A stretch of 59,081 nt of DNA, the filler included, from Dugesia japonica (lineage: Eukaryota): assembly GCA_001938525.1 (NCBI GenBank). It is 5 parts of 5 records of this genome, joined end to end, with 100 filler letters (N's around TTAATTAATTAA, not from the genome) between each part and the next. Parts side by side here need not be neighbours in the genome. Positions count along the whole stretch, not along the records: positions 1 to 14,085 come from MQRL01647826.1; positions 14,186 to 25,890 come from MQRL01643900.1; 3 more parts are not named here. One strand, written 5' to 3'. The notes below the pieces were generated by a model. The model searched no databases, had not been told where the DNA came from, and worked only from the letters and a program-made list of their open reading frames with translations. The position numbers and the translations under genes are program-made. Below are positions 11,915-23,700 of this stretch, one piece after another. The first letter of the stretch is position 1, and each line of letters begins with the position of its first letter.

Positions 11915-12700
11915 AATGCCTTTGTTATTTATTGCTATTGAAGCCTTTCAGGATAACAATGCTATGACTATTTAATTAAAGGATTATGTATAATGGATGT
12001 GGATAATATTCTTTAACCGTTTTATTATATGTTTGCCACGGCGGAATCAATGGGTAATTTATCAAAATCTGCTCAAATAACTAATGAGTATTTACGGCTC
12101 TGGCGTCATCATCNNNNNNNNNNNNNNNNNNNNNNNNNNNNNNNNNNNNNNNNNNNNNNNNNNTGTATTGAATGGCTCAAAAGCCAGTATAAACAATGTT
12201 AATGTGATTATCAATAAATATTTAAAATGCCTTTGTTATTTATTGCTATTGAAGCCTTTCAGGATAACAATGCTATGACTATTTAATTAAAGGATTATGT
12301 ATAATGGATGTGGATAATATTCTTTAACCGTTTTATTATATGTTTGCCANNNNNNNNNNNNNNNNNNNNNNNNNNNNNNNNNNNNNNNNNNNNNNNNNNN
12401 NNTTACGGCTCTGGCGTCATCATCTCAGGTGGATTGATGGAGATTGTAAATTTGATCCAATTCAAATTATCAATGACCTACAAGTAATTTCTAATGATAC
12501 ATTACATTACGTCAATGATCAAGTAAATGGAAAGAAAATCAATAATCTCAAGCAATTTTTCCCGAGTCTTTGAATTGTCAATTATTACTCGGATGAGCGT
12601 CCTCAATTAAGTATACCGGATAATATTTTGTGTCCATATTATAATCATGGTGATTACTGTGCTTACAAAATATCTTTAAAACTGTGTGTACATTTAAATA
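11915..12700 (+). pseudogene. Polinton accessory gene, DEDD/DnaQ-like exonuclease-fold candidate (interrupted by gaps and an assembly duplication)
   Basis: Reconstructed across frameshifts: FIAIEAFQ...YLIKGLCIMD...AQITNEYLRLWRHHLRWIDG...CPYYNHGDYCAYK. Matches the VDxxGF..FIxKEL / HGLxWxxG / CxxHxxxCA pattern of a recurrent Polinton ORF. Confidence 0.5.
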
Positions 12701-12759
12701 TTTAACAATATTTAAATGAATATTTTAATTTTTTTTATATTAATAATATAAATTATAAT

Positions 12760-13149
12760 AATTAAATATTAAGATTCTTCAATAAGATCATGCTCGAAGA
12801 TAAAATGAAACTTCACGCGTAAAACATGAAGGTTCTCAAGTAAAAATATATGTAACTATTGAGACTCATCACTAGTTTTACCTCTGAACAGAATATGTGT
12901 GAAAAATCTAGATCTAAGGTGTGAAAGTTCATTATTTACATTAAGGTGTGAAAATTCACACATAAAAAACATTTAAATTGTGAAAGTTCATTATTTGCAT
13001 AAAAATCAATAAAAAAATCAAATTTTTGCTAAAAAACAATAAATTGTTTATTTAAAGGTGTGGAAATTCACACATATTATTGTTTACACAATGAGGCGTA
13101 AACGGTGATTGCGTCTTTTCCTGTTCGTGTCCGCACGTAACCACCTACT
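12760..13149 (-). repeat. Right terminal inverted repeat of the Polinton
   Basis: Ends ...GTGTCCGCACGTAACCACCTACT; reverse complement aligns with 3851-~4230. Confidence 0.92.
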
Positions 13150-13860
13150 TACTTTACTTATGTAATCAAAATCATTCAAAATTTCAAGACCCGTATTAAA
13201 TTAACAAAATTTAATTGGTTATTTGGAAAGACTTTTTAAAATATTAAAATCACCGTTACTTTGCTTAAAGATTTTGTTTAAATATTCATTCAAATATTTT
13301 TGTAACGTCGTTTCAAATTTCCAAAATTTTTACCATCAAAATTAGTCAAATAAAAATTAAAAAATGACTCAATTTTAGAATTAAATTTATCACCACTTTT
13401 TCTAATACGGAATTTGGGTTCTAATATTAATAAATTTTTTTTCTCATCCAATAAAACTATATCACTGAAATTCAAAAGACTATTTTTAATATCACATTTA
13501 AAGACACCGAAAAGTTTTCTTAAATTACAAATCTTTTCATTTTGTGCAAAAATTTTATTTTTAATTAACTTTGTTGAATTATTAATCAAGACTTTAATGC
13601 ATAAATGAAAACAATCAACAAAACTTACATATTCCATTTCTCTAATCTCAGTTAATTGATTCACCATGTCGCTTCTCATTCCTTTCTCTTTTTCAAGCAT
13701 TCTTCTTTTGAATTTTCTTATGAATTAATTTTGTATTTTCTTTCGATAAACTATCATGTATTGATTTGGTGAAAATAAATGTTGGAATAATATTTTCATT
13801 ATAGATGTTTCTATAAAGCAGATATCAGCTTTCTTCTTCATTGACATATGAAATATTTGC
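13150..13860 (-). mobile_element. Penelope-like element, N-terminal part (continues at 3850 on the other side of the Polinton)
   Basis: LLNFSDIVL..KNLLILEPKF (PLE NLS...LGxKF motif) and ILNDFDYISKV, which continues into DVLKGPQF at the left junction on the same strand. Confidence 0.75.
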
Positions 13861-14085
13861 ATATATTTCTTAAATATAAGAAATAAATAGTTTTATTATT
13901 ATTTAAATATTCGAAGAAAAATGGTAATCTTCTAATAAAACTCTGAAACACCATTTAAAAATATGTTTCCGTACATGCCTCGATAAAATAACTGTTACCT
14001 TCTGGTTCAATATTTAATCCTTTTTAAAAATCCATTTTTTAAACTATACTTAATTTAACAATATTTAATTATATATATATATATA

Positions 14086-14185
14086 NNNNNNNNNNNNNNN
14101 NNNNNNNNNNNNNNNNNNNNNNNNNNNNNTTAATTAATTAANNNNNNNNNNNNNNNNNNNNNNNNNNNNNNNNNNNNNNNNNNNN
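14086..14185. other. Artificial contig spacer (44 N + TTAATTAATTAA + 44 N)
   Basis: Six-frame stop linker; identical spacers at 25891-25990, 36618-36717 and 48819-48918. Confidence 0.95.
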
Positions 14186-14304
14186 ATTTAATTATGATCT
14201 TTTACATACGATAATAAATTCTATTTGGAACTCTATTCTTATGCAAAATAGAATGAAAATTATATTTCATTTTGGATTGTTTATTGTTTATATGAATTGA
14301 ATGA

Positions 14305-15185
14305 AATTCACTTTTCTCCGGAGTCTTTTNNNNNNNNNNNNNNNNNNNNNNNNNNNNNNNNNNNNNNNNNNNNNNNNNNNNNNNNNNNNNNNNNNNNNNN
14401 NNNNNNNNNNNNNNNNNNNNNNNNNNNNNNNNNNNNNNNNNNNNNNNNNNNNNNNNNNNNNNNNNNNTTTGTCTCAAAAATATTTTTTCTCAAGATTCTT
14501 TTTTCTCAATTATCTTTTTTTCTCAATTATCTTTTTTTCTCAATTGTCTTTTTTTCTCAAGAACCTTTTTTCTCAAGTATCTTTATTTTAATGAAATCTC
14601 AAATGCAATCAATGGTTAAGTCCAACAATTATTCTCAAAATAATTGCAATTATAAAAATCTTTTTTCTCAAGAAACACGTTTCTCTAGAATTCTTTATTC
14701 TGTAGAACAAGTTGGAATCTTTTTGATCATTCCGGTTCAAGAACTAATAGCTTTGCCAAAGCATTCCATTAGTAAACTAATAAGAACCATAAACAAAATT
14801 CATGTTGTTGAAGTTTTAAAAAATATTCAAAAAGAAATGGAGATTCAATTTAATCGATTTGAAGCTGATTATCCGACACAAAAGAAGTATAATGATGCCG
14901 GAATCAGAATTGGTAATTTAAAAAGTAATTTGAGAAGATAAGATTTATCTCAAATGATACTTGAAGCATAAATGAAGAACATAAGTAAAATTTATTATAG
15001 AATAAAAATATTAAGGTTGATTTTATCTTATCTCACGAATTTCATTTATAAAAATGAAATGTTTTTCTTTTAAAATTTTAATATTTCGTTTTCTGTTTCT
15101 AATCAATAAAGATTTTGGGAAAAAAGAATTCCAGAGAAACGTGTTTCTTGAGAAAAAAGATTTTGGCGAAACGTTATGGAACCCA
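14305..15185 (+). mobile_element. Mutator-like (MULE) element remnant
   Basis: Arrays of TTTTTCTCAAG/T on the left and GAAAAAAGA on the right; near-perfect inverted pair at ~14657-14700 and ~15118-15163; internal PKHSISKLI...KKYND..IRI resembles a MULE transposase C-terminus. Confidence 0.55.
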
Positions 15186-15439
15186 TGGCTTGATTCGAAC
15201 GCAGTTTATTTATTTTGGCCGAATATTATAACTGGGTAATCCAATGGTTGCAAAACTGTGCACCATGAAAATTTTCCAATAATATATACTTTTTATAAAG
15301 TTAACAAATCCAAAGTACGAATAAAAATTATGTTCGCAATCTTTTGTGACATAAAATTATAAACTAAATAATTTTTGTATAATATAACTTGCATAATAAT
15401 AAAGTTTCAATAAATTAAGAAGTTTCAATCGAAATGTTA

Positions 15440-15812
15440 CGTTTTTTGTTGTTAGTAATTCGAATTTTCGACAATTGTCTTCTTCAGGAATTAACTTTTT
15501 GATCCATTCAAGATTTATTTATTGAAATAGAAAAATTGTTGAAATTTATTTTACTTTATTGAATTTTATGTGGTTAATTTATTTGAATTATTATAAATTA
15601 CATTGATTTTTGGTTTATCTTTAATTAGTAATTCTTCATGTTTCTTCCTGTTAATTGTGTGGAAATGTAGCCTGTTCCTAGTGTTTTACATGCTAAATGA
15701 TGTTTTAGTTGAAAGTCTTTGAAGACATCACTTTCTTTTTGCTTGAGATGTTTCTTAATTGTTGTTCTATGATTCTGCATGCTTCACTTAAGTATGTTTC
15801 TTTACATATGGA
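15440..15812 (-). mobile_element. Penelope-like 3' end (GIY-YIG tail plus pLTR)
   Basis: Colinear with 42420-42875; degenerate YIGET.R....RIKEH; hammerhead core downstream. Confidence 0.7.
15455..15494 (-). ncRNA. Minimal type I hammerhead ribozyme motif
   Basis: TTAATTC-CTGAAGA-AGAC AATT GTC-GAAA-ATTC-GAATTAC: catalytic cores, stem II and stem I all present. Confidence 0.65.
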
Positions 15813-16619
15813 GAACAATCCAAATCGATTTCGAAAGTTTTGTTATTGTTGCTACGACTAAAGATCTGAATTGGGCCCTCATATTAATTATTGATTATTC
15901 AGCAGGTTTCTATTGACCCTCGACTTTTTATTTGCGCTCCAATCAGTTCTTCGCATTCCTAGATTCTTGATGTCGTCTTTCATTCGTTTGACGAATGGTT
16001 TATGGTGCTGTTGACAATTGTGTGATATACTAGTAGTACCGGGAACCAAATCTTTTTAAAGATTTCTATAAACTATATAATTTTTGTATAGTATAGTAGT
16101 AATTATAAGATAAAATTAATCCATAAATTAAAAACTTGAATACTAATAGACCAATAATTTAATTAGAGGCGCTGTGGAAAAAATTTTGATATTCTAGGGG
16201 CGCAGCGAACCAAAAATGTTTAGGAATCACATTCAAATTTGTATACTTATTTATATAAATTTATTGTTTATATTGAAATGATGTAGATAAATGCAAATAT
16301 ACTTATGCTGAGTTCAGTTTATTCATATTTGATATTACAAATATGCGCAACATTTAAAATATATTGTTTCGCCATCTTTATTCAATTTAACAATAAAATA
16401 ACACAGAAATTATTACTTTGTAAAATGATTTGTTAATATTAATATAATCAATATGAGTAATATTTTTTCNNNNNNNNNNNNNNNNNNNNNNNNNNNNNNN
16501 NNNNNNNNNNNNNNNNNNNTTTATCTTCTAAAGATATCCATAAAGATAAAAAATGAAAATTTAACGAAATGAGAAAAAACGGTTTATTAAATTGTTATTT
16601 TTAACCACACTTTCTCGCA

Positions 16620-17190
16620 GTTCATCAGGTCTCTGTTAGCTCTCGACTTTCTATTTGATCTTCAATTAATTCTTCGCATTCCTAAATTCTTGATTTTGTC
16701 TTTCATTCTTTTCACTGTTGGTTTATGGTCGTCAAAAATGTCAACTTAAGTTATGATATCAACTGGTGGTGCTTTGTTGTATGAGCGCATACGTTCCTAA
16801 AAACAGTAACTTCTTCAGAAGTTTTGGGATCCACTCCTTATTATCATTTATTGATACAGCCTCTGGTGCGTTCTATAGAGTTCTGTGTCATCTTTCAATC
16901 TTACCATTTGATTGTTGGTGCTATGCCACCGTCCTTCTGTGCTCGATGCCAATAGTTTTACAAAATTTTCTAAACTGCTTTGATTTAAATCGTAATCCCT
17001 GATCTGTGATAATAACTTCTGGGGATCCAAATTGACTGATTCACATGTTTAATATGATGTTATTGATGTCGTTGGGTGTTATGTCACTGCTTTGGCTTAT
17101 AGAATTTTTCTGTCGATCATTTGGAAGTTGTATCTTATATCATATGCTTACAATGTCATGCTAATATAATAAAGCTTCGCAACCGATGAC
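16620..17190 (-). mobile_element. Ty3/Gypsy integrase remnant
   Basis: GSPEVIITDQGLRFKSKQFRKFCKTIGIEHRRTVA*HQQSNGKIER*HRTL; a related fragment lies at ~15900-16010. Confidence 0.85.
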
Positions 17191-20100
17191 AATACACGTG
17201 AATTAAATAATCTAATAAATAAATAATAACCGATAATAATAGTAAAATAAACTAATAAAGAAAATCTTTATGATTCAGATCAGAATTCCAAACTTTATGA
17301 TCGGAAATCATTTAATTTTTCTAAGTTTTAAATAAATTTGAGTATAATATCTAGTTTTCGTATTTCAAGAAAAACCAGTCTAAAGATTTAAAAAATTCAA
17401 TATTATACAAAAAAGAAATTTATTTATCATCAGTTCATATTATGATAAAAGGATAAAATTAATCTTTGTTTTTCTTTTCAAATTATATTTTAATCAAAGT
17501 CAATTTTCAGAATTCTATTAACATTTAATCACAACAGATAATCAGGATCAGCCTTTATTTTTTTTGTTTATTTATTAATTTTAATATTAAATATTTTAGT
17601 TTAAAAAAAACTGTTAAAGTTTTTAGAATTTTTATCTGTTAAATTTCNGAAAATATTTCCTGATTAAATTTTAGTCTGGTTTTATTTTATAAAAACACAA
17701 GTTGAAAACCATTTTAATTGAAAGTTTAATTTTCCTACGAATTGCAAAGTGGTTTTTAGGAGATGACGTAAATAAATTACAATTGATGATTTCTATCTAA
17801 TGATTTTCCAATTATTTCAACGACTTTTATGGGATCTGTGACATCATACTCATTATAGATGACAAGAATTACGAAAATGGACTTTTTTTTTACTTTTGAG
17901 CAAAATTCAATTGATTAATTAAATAATTACATAAAGGAAGTTTGAAATTAATTTAATTTTTGATAATATTTTTGTTTGTCAAGGTCAGTATCATGTTTAA
18001 ATCGTGATTGCTATATTCTAACTCGTCTCTTATTCCTTCATGGTAAGTTACGATTGTTTAAAATTGTTTAACCGACCTAACAAAATTAGTCTTGAATTCG
18101 ATAAAAAATAATTCCTAATCTCAAAATTGGTGTGGGAAAATGATTTACTATAATCGAATCACGATATTTAGAGGTAATACTGTACAATTCATTTTCGGAT
18201 GCATTTCGGTGAATGGTGTGCAGTCAAATTTTTGCATGGCCGCATTTTTTGTTTTATATTAATGTTAAAATTATATTTCTTTCATTTATCTTCTACAACA
18301 CGTAACGCGTTTTTTNNNNNNNNNNNNNNNNNNNNNNNNNNNNNNNNNNTTCCTATGAAAATTTGGTGATTATTTTAATAAATATTTCCAGTTTTAAACT
18401 TTTCTATCTTGTTTGCTGTTTTTACTTTCTAAAACTAAAAAATGTTACTTTTTCGATTTAATTTTTACTTTATATTCGGTACCAGGTATTTGATCAGCGA
18501 GTATAAAATTTGTTGACATGTACAATTATATAATGAAAGAGAGCTTATATATTGCCAGGCTTTGCATGTTTGTTTCAGTACTCAATAAATTATGGAAAAT
18601 TTCACTTGTTTGGCAAATCTATTCTTTATTCCTTCTTAGGCACAAGATGAAGAAAACGAATACAATTTTTATTGAAATATTATATTAGAAGTTAACTAAA
18701 TTTTTACTGTTTTTCATTACTGTGGTAAAACGGGTCAGAGTATACAGGTTTCAACGAAAAATAACTGAAAATATCGACATTTTTCTACTGAATTGCGTTT
18801 TTAAAATTTTCAAATCGAAATTTATTTTCAATAAATTTTGAATCTTTCAGTTATACCCTGCTTTTCTTTTATAAGACACTAGTTTTTACTAAGTAAGCTT
18901 TTTTCGANNNNNNNNNNNNNNNNNNNNNNNNNNNNNNNNNNNNNNNNNNNNNNNNNNNNNNNNNNNNNNNNNNNNNNNNNNNNNNNNNNNNNNNNNNNNN
19001 NNNNNNNNNNNNNNNNNNNNNNNNNNNNNNNNNNNNNNNNNNNNNNNNNNNNNNNNNNNNNNNNNNTACTATTGAGTAAGTTTATGAGCATAATAATTCG
19101 ATTTAAGATATTCAATATTTAAAAATGAACAATTTCTAAATTTAAAATGTTTATTTTTTTACAAAGCAAATTTTTTAAACTCTACTACTAGTCGTGAAAG
19201 TTTTTCAGAATACTTAAAATAGCTAACGTTCTGAAACCATGAAGTATTGGAAGTATGAATATTTCACGTAAATCATATTTTTCAGTTCTAAAAAGTTCTA
19301 GCGGTTTTTTAAAAAAATATATTTTCAATGGAATTCGTAAATATAATTTTTTTTGTATATATCCTTTGATCAGTTCAAATGCAGTTGAACCTATTCTGTC
19401 CTTTGCATCTTAGTGGTTTCGCGAATTTGGATTTTCAGCTCAGACTGAAAACCAATCCAAAAAAAGGAGAGTGGCTTCTGCGAATCGACGATGAAATGTG
19501 TTCTTGTTCTTATCAACATTAGAGTCTAGTTTTAGCCTTATTTCCTCTTGAAAGCAGGCTGAGCTCTCATTAAAAATTTTTAAATCCAAATAGTAAAATA
19601 AAACATATTCTGTCTAAAATTTTTAAGTATCTTAAATTTTGAATTTTCAGGTTTTCATCAAAAAATTTCATAAGAAAAATGAAGAGAAAGTGTGCCAGGA
19701 AACTTTTCAGTTTGCGGCGCACTGAGCCAAAAAAATATTTTTTTCACGACGTACTCATTTAAAAACTGATAATTCCGTAAACGTGAAAGAAATTTTATTA
19801 ACCAATGTTAATCAATCACAGGTAAAACAACTCTATCAACAACTGATCAATTCGAACGTTGACATTGTTTTTCAGCGAAAATAAGATTGATACAAGACTT
19901 AATTTTTGAAAGACAAACACGCAGTTACTCGTCGATCATTTGAAGTCTCTCGCGTTTCTCTGATTTCATCTTTGTAAGTGTTGAAAATCTATTCTCGCAA
20001 AGATAAGAGCTTCCAAATGGTAAAAACAATTCTATTTATTTGTTGCTCAATCGAGGAAAGTTTAAACAATTCCTAACGTTTTCGCGGCANATCGGTTACC

Positions 20101-20780
20101 CGACACTGTATTGCTCTTTGTCATTCTGTATATATTAATTCACCATTACGTTTCTAATCGCATTATTTTTGTAATAACTTCTAGCATTTTGTATTTTTGT
20201 TCCTAATCACTGTTCTTTGTGATAAATAAAACGAAATTTATCAATTTACCAATTATTACCGAAAAATCCTTTTTAACTAAGTATGAAGTGAGATTAAGTG
20301 GTAGTTTTCTATACAAAAAAGTAATAGTCCAGAAGAGTCAAACCATTTTAAAAATTTCTAGTTTCCTTATCAAGTGGAATATTAATATCAATACAATATA
20401 TTAATTTTCTTATTAAAGTTACTTTTAATATTTTTGTAAATTTTAGAAATATAATATTAAAATTTTTGTATTTAAAATATTTAATTGAAACCTATAAATA
20501 AAATCAAATGAACTTTTCGCCTTAAGAATTTAAGAATATTTGCAATTAAGAAATTATAATATAAAAAGAATATTAAATTCAGTTTTCCTACTTGCCTATA
20601 TGTGATGACAAGAATTAATTTATGATGACAACTTAATTCAAATAAGCAAATTTATTGAAATTCGCATAATCAATATTGTACACTTTATTCGTATTTTACC
20701 AGAAAAGTTAAGTATTTGTGTATAATTACTTTTAATTTTGATATTTTGCAATATGTTTATCAATGAATTCTCATTTACAG

Positions 20781-22962
20781 CAACGAGATAGAGTGGCATC
20801 AATGTTCCATAGACAACAAACAGTGGATTGTTTACGCAAATTTAATGCTCGTCGAAAATTGAAAGCAAGCTTATTTATTAATTGATAAAAATCTGAAAAG
20901 GAATTTTTACAGGGTGCTATCCTCACTACTATGTTAGCTACTAAGAATTTTTCATGTGAGTTTGTTTTTTATGGAAACCATTTTACGTTGTTTTATTTTA
21001 AATTCATGTGTTTTTCGAAATTATCTCATTTTTGCGTCGTATACTGCCAAATAACAACTTGTTTACATTATTTCTTATTACATAATCAGAATTGTTATTT
21101 GCACTTTTAATGTTTATTTATTTGCCTGGTAGTTCATTTTGCTGTAATTATTTCATTTGGCATTGCTGTTACATGTGACGTACTACTACAGCTGCAGACT
21201 TGTTCGATAAATTTTGCATATTTACACGATCAATACACACATACAAGCAGGGAAGTTNNNNNNNNNNNNNNNNNNNNNNNNNNNNNNNNNNNNNNNNNNN
21301 NNNNNNNNNNNNNNNNNNNNNNNNNNNNNNNNNTTGATTGGATAAAAATCTGTCTTAAATTTGCATAACTGAATCTAGGTTATAAAACAAAATTGATGCT
21401 AAGTAGATAAATTTTCTAAATGAAAGGTGAGATCCAATACGCATATTTTGGTTGATATTTATTCTTCTAATGACAGTAGTGAATATAATCTCATTTGTAA
21501 AGTATATCTGACCAATTATTATTATTATNNNNNNNNNNNNNNNNNNNNNNNNNNNNNNNNNNNNNNNNNNNNNNNNNNATTATTATTATTATTATTATAT
21601 TATTATTATTATTGATATTATTATCTCATTATTATTATAATCTCATTTGTAAAGTATATCTGACCAATTATTATTATTATTATTATTATATTATTATTAT
21701 TGATATTATTATCATCATCATCATCTAAGAGCAATCTGTATTTATCAATAATTAAGTTATAATTAAAAGTATTTAAAATATTTCTTTGCTGTCATTATTA
21801 AAAGCACTAGTTTGAAATTGGTGGTGGTAATAAACTGTTTATGGATTATTAGAATAATTAATAAATAATATAACATTTAATAAAATCTTTTATATATTTT
21901 TATATATATGATATAAATTTATCATTAACGTTATTCGAAACATAGTAATGTGACTCCGTCATGAAGTTCATTACCACATGGTCCAATATTCTAATATTAA
22001 TAAACTGATTTCACAATATCGACTAATATTGCCTGTCAATTAGTGGCTTAATTGGATATTTACCGTTGTTATCATGACTTATTATTTTAGACATGTTAAA
22101 AGTCTATCAAAATATTTAACAATTAACGATGGAAAATTAGATATTGAACTGAATTATTTTTTGGTTTTAGAATTACGATTGAATTGCATATACATTTCAA
22201 AACGTCAACTGAAAATTAACTTATTAATAAATGCGTTTCAAGTTGTCTTCCATTGCATTAGATATCTCACAGATTTCTCTTTAAAGTAGATATCAAGCTC
22301 ATTTTCAATTTTGTTGATGGTATTTATTTATTACGAGATTGGGTAGATTTTGTTTATTCCTACTTGGTTTGCCAGTATAACAATACTAATTATATAATTT
22401 AAACGGTTCTTTATTTATTATCAATACAATAATATTTGTCATCAATTTAAAATTTTTAGTCTTTTTTACTTAAAAATATTTGCAAAAATGAGGAAGGCAT
22501 GGTTTTGTTAGCGAAGTTCATAAATTGGTAATGATCTTATCAGAAAAGATAATATTCAATTTGTAACAATAGAATTGAAAACAATTTTTGTTCTATATAT
22601 TTTGGCAACCATATAAAATCTCCAAATAAACCGGTTTTCAATTAAATCTCTGCTACATAAGGCAATTGAGAGAAAATCCCGGTGATTATTTACCGTTGAT
22701 AGTATGTAATTCGAGCATTAGTTGTTGTAGGATTGCGATACATTTGCTTATAGGATTGTTGTTTTATCCCATAGATGTAATTGTAGTATTCTTCCATATT
22801 TTTATCTCGATCGTTAATTGGTTATTAAAATTTTGTTCCATGTTTTAGTAGCTAAAAGCATCACCAACAGTACTTCCAATCAAAACAATACCCAGAATAC
22901 TATTGTTAAGAAAACTGACAAAGAAATGATAGACAGCATCGCAACCAATACTGATTCTAAAA
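20781..22962 (+). CDS. CaMKII: Calcium/calmodulin-dependent protein kinase II: autoregulatory, CaM-binding and linker exons (partial)
   Basis: Exon 20781-20864 [28 protein letters not shown]; exon 20913-20955 [14 protein letters not shown]; exon 22852-22962 [37 protein letters not shown]. Phases are consistent. Confidence 0.95.
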
Positions 22963-23319
22963 GTAAATATATTTATTTTTTATTTATGTAATAATTAGAA
23001 TTTATTTAATTTTAATGAGTGACATAATTTAGATGTTTTTTTTTCAATTTATTGATAAATTTAAATTAAATTATTGTCTTGTTTTAGTTTAATAAAATGG
23101 TATAGTAATTAATATTTAACATTTAAGAAATATTTTTTAATGAATTTAATTGGTTGAATTTTTTTATCATATTCATTTAAATTGCTTAGAATATTTTTTG
23201 AAAAATCATAAATGCTTTTCTTGTAAATTTATTTTAATAAAAACTTTGCTATATTTTAGTTTTTTTATTCCATTTAATTTGTATATAAGAAATTTTCAGT
23301 GTTAATTTCGAATCATATT

Positions 23320-23700
23320 TAAAAAATCACCCCAAAAGTGCACAATTCTAATAAATAACCCTAAAATTACACGTTTCAAGAAGACATTTTAAACTTTTCA
23401 AAAGGCAATTCCTGACGAAGACAAAATCGAAATATGGAATTATTATCAAAAACAATTTTTGATCGAAGCTTTTATTTTAATAAATTATATAATTTATGAT
23501 AAAAATGACCCTAAAATTAAACATATTCAAAAATACATATTAAAAGTTTGACCCTAAAATTAAATATATTCAACAAATGACCCTAAATTAATACTAAAAT
23601 AATATTAAATTTAAAGTACACTAAAAAATACATATATTTACAATTTTAATGCGTATAATTTATGTTTAAAAAATGACCCTAAAAAACACATGTTCAAATT
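23320..23700 (+). repeat. Degenerate repeat array of AAATGACCCTAAAATTA..CAT.TTCAA units
   Basis: At least six copies, at about 23325, 23352, 23500, 23548, 23575 and 23668. Confidence 0.7.
23407..23441 (+). ncRNA. Decayed minimal hammerhead ribozyme motif
   Basis: AATTC-CTGACGA-AGACAAAATC-GAAA-TATG-GAATT; same layout as 15455-15494 but the cleavage triplet is mutated. Confidence 0.5.

Larger units (their letters stand above)
3851..13149. mobile_element. Polinton/Maverick (endogenous adintovirus-like element), decayed and internally deleted
   Basis: Long imperfect TIRs beginning A(G/C)TAGGTGGTTACGTG; candidate 6-bp TSD TTCTTT (3845-3850) / TACTTT (13150-13155); contains pPolB, packaging ATPase and minor capsid genes. 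Confidence 0.93.

Noticed and set aside
11853-12349. ~200-bp direct repeat inside the Polinton
   Set aside because: Essentially identical copies bounded by N gaps; an assembly overlap artefact.
16160-16230. hAT-like terminal fragments (also ~26505-26535)
   Set aside because: Only single ends are recognisable; no partner TIR or TSD.
23320-23700. Spaced repeat array as a CRISPR
   Set aside because: Eukaryotic context, degenerate units, irregular spacing and no cas genes.
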